Program-made: the position numbers and the translations under genes
In this document: one piece after another, positions 1-10,181 of the stretch
Position numbering within the stretch: the first letter of the stretch is position 1
How the letters are laid out: every line of letters starts with the position of its first letter
Notes under the pieces: model-generated
Told to the model about the DNA's origin: nothing
The model's input: only the letters and a program-made list of their open reading frames with translations
Databases searched by the model: none
Source of the DNA: a virus
Length of the DNA stretch: 64,000 nt
Virus record (IMG/VR): IMGVR_UViG_3300046804_004848
Coordinates: 32,001 to 96,000 of that record
Direction: 5' to 3' (one strand)

Positions 1-25
1 TTTAGCTGACTATTGTGGTGTTACT

Positions 26-883
26 ATGACTGATATAGTTTACAAATTAGTATCACCTAAAATGAAAGATATAAAGTTTATTAGCAGAGGAAAACAAGAA
101 TTTAAAAATGTTGACCCTATGGAAATATGGAGCGTGGTATTACCATACGCTGAACCTAACCCACATTTAAACAAAGAAACTAAAAAACAAGTTAGTGATA
201 CAACTAAAAGTCATGCTGATTTAATAAGAGCAATCGTTAACGACCAAGCAGCACGAAACCGTAGTTTACAGGATGCTATGACGTTTAAACATGATGGTAA
301 ATACTCACCTGCTACTCGCATTTTAATGTGGCGTGTTAGTAAAAATGACCACGTTGCTTTAGATGAACTCATTAATTTGTTACAAAAAAATATTGTACCC
401 GCTGATTTAAAACCTTATGTACATGCAGTCTTTAGAGAGTTTTGTCAAAAAGTCAATAGTGACATTGCTATAAAAATAGCTCACTTAGTTCAACATGAAG
501 CACGAAGTTTATCATTACAAATGCTTAAGCAAGCTGCAAAAGTAAGTGATCAAGCTAGTTATGAATTAGCTATGTTGATATTCAATGACCCACATAGTAG
601 TAATACTGAAATAGAAAATGTTATTGGTGATTTAAAAGAAAGTGCAATGAAACGCAAGGTACCTGCTATGTTAAGCCTAGGTAAGTACTATTTGCAAATA
701 AATGACAACAAAAATGCTTTTAGATGGTTGTATGCTGCTAGAGCAGAACATGATAAAGAAGCTCAAAAACTATTAGAAGATTTGACAAAAATTATAAGCA
801 AATCAGATTTTAATAATTATAAAACAGATGGTGATGCATTAGTGGATGAAATTAAATTCATTGATGATAATAGAATGAGATAA
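26..883 (+). CDS. Helical protein with C-terminal Sel1/TPR-like repeats (may begin upstream of window)
   Basis: Motifs ASYELAMLIF, AMLSLGKYY and AFRWLYAA resemble Sel1-like repeats. Confidence 0.5.
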   Translation: MTDIVYKLVSPKMKDIKFISRGKQEFKNVDPMEIWSVVLPYAEPNPHLNKETKKQVSDTTKSHADLIRAIVNDQAARNRSLQDAMTFKHDGKYSPATRILMWRVSKNDHVALDELINLLQKNIVPADLKPYVHAVFREFCQKVNSDIAIKIAHLVQHEARSLSLQMLKQAAKVSDQASYELAMLIFNDPHSSNTEIENVIGDLKESAMKRKVPAMLSLGKYYLQINDNKNAFRWLYAARAEHDKEAQKLLEDLTKIISKSDFNNYKTDGDALVDEIKFIDDNRMR

Positions 884-896
884 TTGTAATAGAAAC

Positions 897-1133
897 TTAC
901 TTAGTTTTATTTTTAATCTTTAAATAAGTTTCTACTTTTTGATTTAAGCGAATAAGGTCATTATCAAGTATTCTAATTCTATCAATAAGTTCAACTAAAG
1001 TTTGATTAGCTTCACTAATAACAGGTTTTACTTCTTTAGTGACCCAATTCCAAACATACCATAATAAACCCATTAACCCAAATGCTGCAACAATTGGAAA
1101 CCCATATTTACTTATAAGTTCAGCGATATCCAT
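897..1133 (-). CDS. Small membrane protein (one TM helix plus coiled coil), paralogue of 1207-1491
   Basis: GFPIVAAFGL hydrophobic N-terminus, heptad C-terminus (IDRIRILDNDLIRLNQKV). Confidence 0.6.
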   Translation of the reverse strand: MDIAELISKYGFPIVAAFGLMGLLWYVWNWVTKEVKPVISEANQTLVELIDRIRILDNDLIRLNQKVETYLKIKNKTK

Positions 1134-1206
1134 AATTTTTCCAATTCAATAAGCATGGGGTGATCATAAGGTATATTTATAGCAGCAGCATGTAAAAGTT
1201 CTATCA

Positions 1207-1491
1207 TTAGTCATTCCTTAAGTCTTTTCTGTCTGCTCTAGCTATTCTGTCATATTCAGGTTCAATTCCTAAAGCTACACTTACTTTTGAGTCTATTTGA
1301 ATGAGTTGATTATTCATAGTATCAATTCTACTATCTAATCTACCAATCATAGATTTCATACTAATGACGCTTGATGTAACTCCTGCTAATATAAACTTAA
1401 AAACTAAAAAAATGAAAAATCCTGCAATACATGCTCCTGCTATAGGAAATCCTAAATCAATAACATGGGTAATCCAATCAAATTCTTTCAT
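1207..1491 (-). CDS. Small membrane protein (one TM helix plus coiled coil)
   Basis: GFPIAGACIAGFF TM segment; RLDSRIDTMNNQLIQIDSKV coiled coil; start overlaps the upstream stop. Confidence 0.6.
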   Translation of the reverse strand: MKEFDWITHVIDLGFPIAGACIAGFFIFLVFKFILAGVTSSVISMKSMIGRLDSRIDTMNNQLIQIDSKVSVALGIEPEYDRIARADRKDLRND

Positions 1492-2141
1492 TTGTTAGCC
1501 AATGGATTATCTAAAGCTTTTTTAAGATCATCATTAATTTTCTTATCTAATGCTTTTAACTTTGCATCCACCTCTTTATTATTAGCAGCAATTGCTTTGG
1601 TATTTTCCGCAGCCATACGATTAATTTCCTTTGTAGCTGCATTTATACTTGCATCAGCAGCTTTTTGTATATTTCGTACATCAGTCTTAACCTCCGCAAC
1701 TGTTCTATCAACTTCACGTTGTTGTTCTTTATTTCTACGTTCAACATCTTCTACAGTTTTCTCAATACGACGAAGATCATTTTTCAAATCATTCTTAATA
1801 TCTCGTGTATATTCTGCAGTTTTATCACTACCTTCTTGCACAGCTTTTTGAGTTTTATTGGCATTTTCTTCAATTAATGACAATCGTTTATCAAACTCTG
1901 TAAGATCAGGTGCAACATATTCAGCAATCTTTTTCTTCATACCGACATAATCTTTGTATACTTCAAAAGCACCATATAATCCACCTAACAATGATGAAAC
2001 TAAAGTAAATGCAACCATTAGTTTAGCAGGTGTAAATTCATACCCACCAATACTAATAACGGTATCTTTACTAGCATACTTTTTTGCAGCAGCTTCTAAA
2101 TCATCAACCTTTTTGTTTAAATCAACTTTTTCTTCTGACAT
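1488..2141 (-). CDS. Membrane-anchored long coiled-coil protein
   Basis: TM LMVAFTLVSSLLGGLYGAF followed by ~150 aa of charged heptads; ends ALDNPLANK. Confidence 0.7.
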   Translation of the reverse strand: MSEEKVDLNKKVDDLEAAAKKYASKDTVISIGGYEFTPAKLMVAFTLVSSLLGGLYGAFEVYKDYVGMKKKIAEYVAPDLTEFDKRLSLIEENANKTQKAVQEGSDKTAEYTRDIKNDLKNDLRRIEKTVEDVERRNKEQQREVDRTVAEVKTDVRNIQKAADASINAATKEINRMAAENTKAIAANNKEVDAKLKALDKKINDDLKKALDNPLANK

Positions 2142-2152
2142 TTTTACTTCCT

Positions 2153-2392
2153 TTAATGTTTTGTAGCAAACCTACTTGATAGTAATTCACGCATCAAGTT
2201 TAATTCTTCTTGATTTTGTATTACTATTTCTTCATCTAAATCATCTTCATCTTCCCAAATATACTGTGGAATTCGTAAGAACATATAGATATCTTTCCAT
2301 GTGGTAGTCACACCTTGTTGATAGCATAACTTAATGACATTAAATATTGCATCAGATACATACTCAGCTATACTTCCAAAATGTGTTTTCAT
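2153..2392 (-). CDS. Hypothetical acidic protein
   Basis: Start moved to MKTHF (2392), just after the stop of the 819-aa gene. Confidence 0.5.
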   Translation of the reverse strand: MKTHFGSIAEYVSDAIFNVIKLCYQQGVTTTWKDIYMFLRIPQYIWEDEDDLDEEIVIQNQEELNLMRELLSSRFATKH

Positions 2393-2393
2393 G

Positions 2394-4853
2394 TTATTTC
2401 CTGTACTGTTGGTCAACCATTTCCTGATGTAAACGGTCACTTCCTAGTTGTCGTAGCGCACGTAAGTTGTCAACAGTTTTTTGATTACGATAAATTTCTT
2501 TTGGTGCATAAAATGCTACATCTTTTAAAGCAACACTGTACGCATTAAATCCTACAGGAGTTATAGCAATGTTGTTTATTGATACTCCCCCTGCTGCATC
2601 ATTATCTTGAACGTTTGTTTTAACAGTTTGTGTTGTTGTATTTTGTGTTGTATTTTCAAACGCAGTTGGTCGCTGTTCAACAATTTGATTTATTGGATTA
2701 TTACGGTCTGTTAAAAAATTAGAACTTACTGTAGGATTATCAACTTGTGTAACAGGCATAACTGTCGTCATACCAAAATTTCTTGTTTGTTGTTCTAAAA
2801 CACTTTGCGTATTAGGAGCAAGAACAAAATCATTACTCAATAAGGTTCTTTCTTGTTGCTGAAAAGAATTTTGTTTTGTATCAATTGATGCATTTTGGCT
2901 TGGGGGTTGATACAATGTTGCACTCGTGCTTGATATTTGATTTTGTATGTTTGGTGGTAATATAGGATTAAATGCTTGTATTCCTAAATTATTAACCTGC
3001 ATAGCATTAAATTGAACTATTGCAACAGTTGATGTAGAAGATGATACATTATCTGTTTGTGTATTAGTACTATTAACTGTTCTTTGTTGTATAGCAGCAG
3101 TTACCACGCTTGTATTAGCAGGTTGTGTTCCAAATCCCATCATATTATTTTGTCTTGAGGTATCATTAGCGAAAATTTGATTAGCATTTTCTGACCCATC
3201 AGCACTAGCACTACTTTTTTCTGCAGCATCTTTTGCAATGTTTTCTGCTTGACGTAAACTTGATATTGCTGCAATATTTGCCCCTTCTATAGCACTTTTA
3301 CTTGCTTGATTAGCTATTGTACTTTCACGCTCTTGGTTTTTACTGACTAAGTTTAATGCAAAATTAGTATTTTCATTGCTTGTTGTCATTGGTTTAGATG
3401 TTACTCCACTTAAGTTACTATTTGTTGACTGTGTAGAATTAGAATTAATTGTAACTGTTGGTTTTGCTAATTCTGTATTTTCTGCGGTAGTAACTGTAAC
3501 TGTAGGGGATGTAGTTGTTACATTGTTAACAGTTGTAGTTATATTACTTGTAGGTGTAGAGGTGACACTTGCTACAGTTGTTGCTAACTGTGCATCTTGT
3601 ATCGCCTTTACTTCGGATGCTATTCGTTTAATTTCTGCATTAAAATTTGAACAATTTGGACTATATAATGGCTGCGTATAGCAAGGATCAGGTGTCCATA
3701 TAGGTCTTGTCCATCCCGCAAATGCAAAATTATTCCATACACTATCTGACCACCATTGTACAGAACCCATGTCTAACGTATTTCTTGATTCATTAAATAA
3801 TACTCGGTTATAATAACTTCCACCTGTATTATTACCTTGACGATATTGTTTGTCGGAAATCAATATATTATTATTTTTATCAGTAACTCTAAAGTTAATA
3901 TTTCCCCCACCATCTGTTCTCCAATCTGTACACCAAAATAAAAAACTTGCATAACAAGAACCGTAGTTATACCAATTAAAACCATATTCATAACCATGTA
4001 ATTGCACACCACCACCTATGTGTGGCAATGAAGTTGCTATATTGTAACTATTAAAAAATAATGGACTTTGTGCATTTTGAATGATATTGTTAAAGCCTGG
4101 GCAGTTGGGGTTAAAAGCAGGATTTAATATACATGGGTCTACGCTGTAATTTGCACGAATGTAAGCATCCTTTACTTGTGGTCCATAACACGTGCTGCCT
4201 AAACAAGCCCAACCACCTGCATCTTGCCCTATAATTCCCATATTAACTGAACCTGCTTGGAATAAAGGTTTAGCACCTGCAAAGGTATAAGTTACTGCTA
4301 ATGTTTGCCAATTAGGATTGTATGCAGGATTACCATCTGTCATATTTTTTAATCCTAGTTGATGTACAATAAAATCGTTTTGCCCTGATGCAGGGTAGTA
4401 TCCTATTTCTACTCTAAGATTGTCTTGTACAGGATTAGCAGGAGCAGCATTTTGGCTAGTTCCATCGCAATTTGTTCCTATACTATTTGCACAAGGGAAA
4501 CTATATTTTAAACCATAACTAAATCCTGTTACAAAAACTGCATTGCTATTTAAATAACCATGTGATAAATTGGATAGACTTACACCTGCTACACCTAATT
4601 CTTCCTTTATATAACTAAATGTATATCCATTTGTTGGGTCAAATGAACCTAGTGGTGAAGCATTAGGCACCCAAGCAGGACTTCCCGATGAACTACTCCA
4701 TCCACCACTAGTTTTTAAACTACTATCAAATGGTATTAAATTTCCTGATGTTAAATCAACACTGTATCCACTTGGTGTATTAGGTGATGTTTGCCCATAA
4801 CAAGTGGATATAGTTATAGAAAATAAGAAAAACGATATTATTTTTTTAACCAT
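2394..4853 (-). CDS. Secreted 819-aa protein with Cys-motif domains and Thr/Asn/Gln-rich linker
   Basis: Signal peptide; repeated DPC-x5-6-PxC motif (DPCILNPAFNPNCPG, DPCYTQPLYSPNCSN); low-complexity C-terminal half. Confidence 0.75.
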   Translation of the reverse strand: MVKKIISFFLFSITISTCYGQTSPNTPSGYSVDLTSGNLIPFDSSLKTSGGWSSSSGSPAWVPNASPLGSFDPTNGYTFSYIKEELGVAGVSLSNLSHGYLNSNAVFVTGFSYGLKYSFPCANSIGTNCDGTSQNAAPANPVQDNLRVEIGYYPASGQNDFIVHQLGLKNMTDGNPAYNPNWQTLAVTYTFAGAKPLFQAGSVNMGIIGQDAGGWACLGSTCYGPQVKDAYIRANYSVDPCILNPAFNPNCPGFNNIIQNAQSPLFFNSYNIATSLPHIGGGVQLHGYEYGFNWYNYGSCYASFLFWCTDWRTDGGGNINFRVTDKNNNILISDKQYRQGNNTGGSYYNRVLFNESRNTLDMGSVQWWSDSVWNNFAFAGWTRPIWTPDPCYTQPLYSPNCSNFNAEIKRIASEVKAIQDAQLATTVASVTSTPTSNITTTVNNVTTTSPTVTVTTAENTELAKPTVTINSNSTQSTNSNLSGVTSKPMTTSNENTNFALNLVSKNQERESTIANQASKSAIEGANIAAISSLRQAENIAKDAAEKSSASADGSENANQIFANDTSRQNNMMGFGTQPANTSVVTAAIQQRTVNSTNTQTDNVSSSTSTVAIVQFNAMQVNNLGIQAFNPILPPNIQNQISSTSATLYQPPSQNASIDTKQNSFQQQERTLLSNDFVLAPNTQSVLEQQTRNFGMTTVMPVTQVDNPTVSSNFLTDRNNPINQIVEQRPTAFENTTQNTTTQTVKTNVQDNDAAGGVSINNIAITPVGFNAYSVALKDVAFYAPKEIYRNQKTVDNLRALRQLGSDRLHQEMVDQQYRK

Positions 4854-6189
4854 TTTCTTTCACATGTTTTGGCATTTTGTCAGGATTCTTTAACCAAGCT
4901 TCTTTGGCTTGCTCGCCAATCAATCCTTCGTATGGGCATGGTGTACCTGCCATAAGCATTGCATCAAATACTCTACGGTCTTGGCACATGGTAGCAACAG
5001 CAGCTACTTTCATGCCCATGTCATACAATGTTTTGCTTAATTTTAAACGTTCACAATTCATATCACGTTGCGTTCCACCTAGTGACATACCAAACAATTG
5101 TGTTTGTACAGCACCACTTGCTCCTGTAGTACACAAATCAGGAGAACCACCACTCATCATTGATGGAGCAATAGCTGTAGGTGGTGGTTGTATAACTTTT
5201 TGCGTAATTGTTGTGTCATTAATATTACGGTTAGTCATATCACCTGTTTGAATATTTTGATTTACCGCAGTGCTACTGTTTTGATTTACATTAGTATTAG
5301 TTGAGGTAGCAGTGGATTGATTAATATTACGATTAGTCATATCTCCCGTTTGAATATTGTTATTCGTAGTAGTTGCTGTCGTAGTATTAATATTACGATT
5401 GGTCATATCTCCTGTTTGAACATTGTTATTATTATTAGTACTTGTGGATGTACTTGCATTGTTGTTATTGTATGTCATTGTGCCTGTATTAATATTGTTA
5501 TTAGTATTAAGACTTGTAGAATTGTTTACATTTGTGCTTGTGCTTGTAGAAGTATTAATATTACGATTAGTCATGTCTCCTGTTTGAATATTGTTATTAG
5601 TGCTTGTGGATGTGCTTACATTGTTGTTATTGTAGGTAACAGAACCTGACATAATATTTCTATTAGTATTATCAGCGGTAGATGTACTTTGATTAATATT
5701 AGTAATTTGTCCTGATTGTACATTATAATTTGTATTTGTATTTGATGACGTACTTGTACTTGCGTTATTATTATTGTAAGTCATTGTACCACTGTTAACA
5801 TTATTGTTATTATATGTTACTGAACCACTCATAACATTATTGTTATTGTTAGTTACTGTGCCACTTTGAACATTGTTGTTTGTATTAACACTAGTGCTTG
5901 TGCTTGTACTCGTATTTTGATTTACGTTGGTATTAACACTATTACTATTCACAGTGCTATTATTTGTGTTAGTGCTTGTAGATGTACTAACATTATTCGT
6001 AGTTACAGAGCTTGTACTGTTGGATGTTGAATTAGTATCAACTAAACTTTTTGAGTCATATCCTCCTTGGTTAAGTGGAGTGGTAGTGCTTGTAGTTGTA
6101 CCATTGGTGGTGCTTTGTGTGCTAGTATTTTGTGCAAATACCGTAGACATGAATAAAGCTGACCAAAGGATTATTATTATTTTTTTCAT
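4846..6189 (-). CDS. Secreted Asn/Thr/Ser repeat protein with Cys-rich C-terminal domain
   Basis: Signal peptide ending VFA; repeats NNN(I/V)QTGDMTNRNIN and (M/N)SG(S/T)(V/M)TYNNNN; C-terminal LCTTG..NCERLK..MCQD..TPCP. Confidence 0.8.
   Translation of the reverse strand: MKKIIIILWSALFMSTVFAQNTSTQSTTNGTTTSTTTPLNQGGYDSKSLVDTNSTSNSTSSVTTNNVSTSTSTNTNNSTVNSNSVNTNVNQNTSTSTSTSVNTNNNVQSGTVTNNNNNVMSGSVTYNNNNVNSGTMTYNNNNASTSTSSNTNTNYNVQSGQITNINQSTSTADNTNRNIMSGSVTYNNNNVSTSTSTNNNIQTGDMTNRNINTSTSTSTNVNNSTSLNTNNNINTGTMTYNNNNASTSTSTNNNNNVQTGDMTNRNINTTTATTTNNNIQTGDMTNRNINQSTATSTNTNVNQNSSTAVNQNIQTGDMTNRNINDTTITQKVIQPPPTAIAPSMMSGGSPDLCTTGASGAVQTQLFGMSLGGTQRDMNCERLKLSKTLYDMGMKVAAVATMCQDRRVFDAMLMAGTPCPYEGLIGEQAKEAWLKNPDKMPKHVKENG
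5210..5990 (-). repeat. Imperfect coding tandem repeats (about 20-25 aa) in the Asn-rich protein
   Basis: Recurrent ttaatattacgattagtcat-like DNA blocks near 5219, 5321, 5387 and 5555. Confidence 0.8.
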
Positions 6190-6274
6190 TTGCGATTCCT
6201 TTTGTACGGTCTATAGTATTTAGGTGCTAATATGGACTAAATACTATGGTAGTTTTTAACAAAGGGGGCTAAAA

Positions 6275-6403
6275 ATGCTAGAAATGATTATATGCCTTGC
6301 AATTGGTGCATTTATTGGATGGAATTTTCCACAACCACCTTGGGCTAAAGTAGTTCAAGAAAAAATAATGAATATGTTTAACAAAGGAAAAACACATGAG
6401 TGA
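6275..6403 (+). CDS. 42-aa membrane protein, not in ORF track (MLEMIICLAIGAFIGWNFPQPPWAK...)
   Basis: AAGGGGG SD, TAAATA late promoter at 6238, overlaps start of next gene. Confidence 0.65.
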   Translation: MLEMIICLAIGAFIGWNFPQPPWAKVVQEKIMNMFNKGKTHE

Positions 6404-6926
6404 ACAAAAAACTGAAGTAAAACCTTTATCTAGAAGTGAAAAAGAAGCTAAAATCAAAGACAAGGCAGGATTTGTTATTGTATTTTTAGCAGCTATTTTA
6501 GCCATTAATACAATGTTAGGTGGTAGTAATAGTAGTAAAATTCAAAACAATACGATACAAGCTAACAATATGTGGGCATGGTATCAAGCTAAAAACGTAC
6601 GTGGTGTATTGTATGAAATCAATGCAGCAGAAACTCAAATTCCTGCTAACAAAGAAAAGTTTTTAGCTGAAGCACAACGTATGACTGATGACAAAAAAGA
6701 GATCATGGAAAAAGCTAAAGCACTAGAAGCAGAGCGTGATGCAGCAAAACAAAAGTCTCCATGGTTTACATGGGGTGGTAGCACATTACAAATTGCGATT
6801 GTGCTATTAACTGCAAGTATTTTAGCAGTAAGTATGCCCATGTTTTGGATTAGTTTAGTAGTTGGTATATTCGGTAGCTTATTTGTAAGTCAAGCTATTT
6901 GGATGTGGATACCATTTTTAGCTTAA
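6396..6926 (+). CDS. Membrane protein with three TM segments, DUF4337-like
   Basis: ANNMWAWYQAKNVR motif; C-terminal LQIAIVLLTASIL TM pair. Confidence 0.65.
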   Translation: MSEQKTEVKPLSRSEKEAKIKDKAGFVIVFLAAILAINTMLGGSNSSKIQNNTIQANNMWAWYQAKNVRGVLYEINAAETQIPANKEKFLAEAQRMTDDKKEIMEKAKALEAERDAAKQKSPWFTWGGSTLQIAIVLLTASILAVSMPMFWISLVVGIFGSLFVSQAIWMWIPFLA

Positions 6927-6930
6927 TAAG

Positions 6931-6955
6931 AAAAGCCTCTTAGGAGGCTTTTTTT
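6931..6955. terminator. Bidirectional rho-independent terminator
   Basis: AAAAGCCTC-TTAG-GAGGCTTTT between convergent genes. Confidence 0.85.
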
Positions 6956-8321
6956 AAATACTATATTTGCTTCTATCTGCATTAAAATTTTGTAGGACTT
7001 GAGCAGATGTTAAAGCAGCATTATATAATCTAGTTACACCAATCCGTCCGTTAAAGTATTGGCTATATTCACCATTATTATAACTACCTAAGTATAAATT
7101 GCTTGGTGTATTTAAAATACTATTTAATGTATGATTAACGCTGCCTATGCTTACGCCATTGATATAAGTTTGTAGTGTTTTTGTTCCACCACTATTTGTC
7201 CATACATAGACAACTTGTTTCCAAGTATTTAATGGTAAGTTATATGTTGTGCTATTGACATATCCACCCGCTCCATCACCCATTTGAGCATAAAGATTAC
7301 CGTTATAACGAATACTATAACTAACGTCTGCAGAAAGTCCACCTGGATCAAACTTACCTAATATGACCTGTGAACCTCCCTGACCTGTTTGGTATACCCA
7401 TGCTTCCATTGTCCAACTACCACTGCTAGGCTCTAGTAGTACATTATCTGCAACAGCTACTTGGCTTGAACTACCATTATAAGTAAAGTATGGATTAGTA
7501 TAGGTTATATTACTTAAAGTCCCCGCTAAAGAGGTATTAGCAAGATTGGTAATTGTAGACCCACTGCCTGAGTAACTTGTACTAAAACTTGGATCATACC
7601 ATAGAACTAAATTTGATGTTACAATGTTTGGTAATTGAAATCTTGATAGTTGGTTATAATAATTTTGCAATATTTGTTCTTGAGTAAGTTTACTAGTATA
7701 AACTTCCATGTTGGCAACATAACCAAATGATTGAACATTGGGTGTTCCAACACCACCTGTCCAATCGTGACTGTTCCCTGCTATAGTTTGAACTGTAGTT
7801 CCTACTTGTTGTCCGTTAATATAAAATGTTTGACCGCTACTATCGCCTGTAACAGCCCACTGTACCCAAACATTTGCAAGACTGCCTACATCATAACCTG
7901 CTGAATAAAATAGGTTAGTATTGTTATCATACATACCCAATGTATTTGAACCTAATTCTATTATTAAAGGGTGATCGGCGGGACTTGTTCTAAACAATGT
8001 GCGCCATGTTGCTGAACTTGATATCATTCTTGCCCAAGCAATATAAGTAAATCCTGTTGTTGGTAATACAGGCACTGCTGATGCAGCTCGCATAACATAT
8101 GTACCTGAAAAATCAAAACACTTAACGCCATTTAACATAGTATATGCTGAGGCACTACTTAAGTTTTGTGTGCGACTATTACCACTTAAATCTGTAACTG
8201 TAGTACCACTACCATTATAGCTAGTACTATTGTTTGCATCAACCCAAATTGCTAGATTATTTAAAATAATGCTAGCATCAACAACTCTTGTACCATTTAA
8301 CGTTACACCTTGTATAATCAT
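6954..8321 (-). CDS. Virion-surface protein with two concanavalin A/LamG-like domains
   Basis: Two repeats starting NL(A/V)xW(V/Y)D..SYxGSG; WTMEAWVY, WKQVVYVW, YING and RLYNAALT..QVLQNF motifs. Confidence 0.8.
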   Translation of the reverse strand: MIIQGVTLNGTRVVDASIILNNLAIWVDANNSTSYNGSGTTVTDLSGNSRTQNLSSASAYTMLNGVKCFDFSGTYVMRAASAVPVLPTTGFTYIAWARMISSSATWRTLFRTSPADHPLIIELGSNTLGMYDNNTNLFYSAGYDVGSLANVWVQWAVTGDSSGQTFYINGQQVGTTVQTIAGNSHDWTGGVGTPNVQSFGYVANMEVYTSKLTQEQILQNYYNQLSRFQLPNIVTSNLVLWYDPSFSTSYSGSGSTITNLANTSLAGTLSNITYTNPYFTYNGSSSQVAVADNVLLEPSSGSWTMEAWVYQTGQGGSQVILGKFDPGGLSADVSYSIRYNGNLYAQMGDGAGGYVNSTTYNLPLNTWKQVVYVWTNSGGTKTLQTYINGVSIGSVNHTLNSILNTPSNLYLGSYNNGEYSQYFNGRIGVTRLYNAALTSAQVLQNFNADRSKYSI

Positions 8322-9997
8322 ATTAATCGTTCAATAGATATCATATTGTTATTGTAACTACCACCAATTAGCATTGTTACACGATAACAAAGACTGTTCG
8401 TTGTGTCACTAATAATATAAGTAGCTAAATCTCCTGCACTAGTGAAATTCCAATTTATAGCAAGAGCAGGTGTAGTTGTAACTGTGACAGAAACTCCACT
8501 CCCGCTAGTGCTACCCGTATATAACGAATATAAACCATTTATATAAGCAGAAAAAGAACCACTGACAGTGGCTATTTGAAGGCTACGATTACCTGCAGTT
8601 GACACAGTGGCCTTTAGATTGTCCATAGTAACATAAGTACCTGCGTTGACATAACCACTTACACGATTGTTTAGCAATGTGCTTACACCTGTACCCGCTT
8701 GACTCAGATCAACGTATGCACCTTTAGTACTGCCATCATAAAATCTTAACTGATTTCGGTACACATCCAAGACCACACGGGTTGATAGTGTAGTATTACT
8801 TGTTGGAATACCAAGATTAATCTCACCCCCCTCATCGCCACCACAAGAAGGTAAGGTGAATACACCTGTATTATCAAATGTCGCTGTGAAATTACTTGCT
8901 ACTAAACTAACATTTGCGCTTGTACCATAATAATTACTTGCTGTAACATTACCATTAACAGTCATTCCTGTGTTACTAATATTTGCCATAATTGCGTTAC
9001 TATTAACACCACCTACAAATATTTTAACGTTTTTACCTGATGTTGATGTACCAATAACTAAATTACCACCACTTTGATTTGTGTTACTTGTATTACCTTG
9101 TGCGTATATGTAGCTATCAGCAGCATAAACAATATTACCTAAACTATTAGTTGGTGTATTAGCATCATAGCCACTATTAATAATACCTAGGTCTAAGTAA
9201 TTTACAGTGTCACTTCCATTATCAGCAGTCACAATAAAGTCTGCTGTAGCATCAGCACCTGTACTTTTATTTTGTAGTGTAACTTGTGTATAATAATTTA
9301 CATTAGAATTAAAACTTGCTATAGTATTTGGTAATGGTGTTGTCGTAACACCTAAATTTATTGCTGAAATTCCTGTTGTTGTATTACCTGATATATTAGC
9401 TGTACCTGCAACAATATTACCTGTAGTTGAGATTGAATTTGAACCAAAACTACTTAGAAGAGTTGTTACGTTACTATCACCGTATGAACCACCACCTGCC
9501 GCTGCAAATACACCATTTCCATATAAAACTTGTGATGAATTACCATTTAAGTTAACTGAAGAAATATTACCAATATTATTGGCAGCTATATTTCCTGTTA
9601 TATTTGCTGTACCACTTACTGAAAGATTTCCAACACTTAATCTATTTGTATCTGTTCTATAAGTTAAATCAACATCCGCTCTTACTGTTTGATTAGTAGT
9701 TCTATTTTCCACAAATGTTGGATAGAAGGTTGTTGTTAAACCATTTGTATTTAAAATATCAACAGTATTCGCCACCACCGTTGAAAAAACACCATTACCG
9801 TATAATACATTACTACTATTTCCATCTAAATTAGTTGACTTTATATTTCCTAAATTTGCTGTTACTGCATTGGAAACACTACTAATTGGTGTTTTATAAC
9901 TTGTAAGTGTACCTGACGTATTACTACTTACTAAAAAGACAGTTGTACTATCTATGTTGCTTAATGATGATAATTGACTTACTTTAGTGTTTGCCAT
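8318..9997 (-). CDS. Tail-fibre/virion fibre-like protein
   Basis: MANTKVSQL N-terminus; Gly/Asn/Ser/Thr-rich; GDEGGEINL module; motifs shared with the 1023-aa fibre. Confidence 0.65.
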   Translation of the reverse strand: MANTKVSQLSSLSNIDSTTVFLVSSNTSGTLTSYKTPISSVSNAVTANLGNIKSTNLDGNSSNVLYGNGVFSTVVANTVDILNTNGLTTTFYPTFVENRTTNQTVRADVDLTYRTDTNRLSVGNLSVSGTANITGNIAANNIGNISSVNLNGNSSQVLYGNGVFAAAGGGSYGDSNVTTLLSSFGSNSISTTGNIVAGTANISGNTTTGISAINLGVTTTPLPNTIASFNSNVNYYTQVTLQNKSTGADATADFIVTADNGSDTVNYLDLGIINSGYDANTPTNSLGNIVYAADSYIYAQGNTSNTNQSGGNLVIGTSTSGKNVKIFVGGVNSNAIMANISNTGMTVNGNVTASNYYGTSANVSLVASNFTATFDNTGVFTLPSCGGDEGGEINLGIPTSNTTLSTRVVLDVYRNQLRFYDGSTKGAYVDLSQAGTGVSTLLNNRVSGYVNAGTYVTMDNLKATVSTAGNRSLQIATVSGSFSAYINGLYSLYTGSTSGSGVSVTVTTTPALAINWNFTSAGDLATYIISDTTNSLCYRVTMLIGGSYNNNMISIERLI

Positions 9998-10000
9998 GTT

Positions 10001-10180
10001 TTATTCCGTTGATATGACTAAATTATTTTCTGTTAAAATAAAACCTGCAACACTTTCTTGTATAATGCCTGTTTCTGCAGGTGGGGGTGGAGGTGTAGGT
10101 CTATCTTGATCGCCAACAACACTACCTAATCCTCCTCCTAAACGTCCTAACCCTTTTAATCCAAGATTACCTATAGGCAT
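10001..10180 (-). CDS. 59-aa Gly/Pro-rich protein, not in ORF track (MPIGNLGLKGLGRLGGG...ILTENNLVISTE)
   Basis: Open frame fills the gap exactly between neighbouring genes. Confidence 0.6.
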   Translation of the reverse strand: MPIGNLGLKGLGRLGGGLGSVVGDQDRPTPPPPPAETGIIQESVAGFILTENNLVISTE

Positions 10181-10181
10181 T

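Noticed and set aside
1465-1851. Antisense or shadow ORFs in the track (also 3376, 4877, 5317, 5927, 14660, 17627, 42733, 44902, 55023, 56866 and similar)
   Set aside because: They lie opposite or inside well-supported genes, lack SDs and have mirror-image composition.
4846-6189. Ice-nucleation protein or non-coding tandem repeat
   Set aside because: Lacks the AGYGSTxT 16-mer of InaZ; variation is largely synonymous, so the repeat is protein-level.
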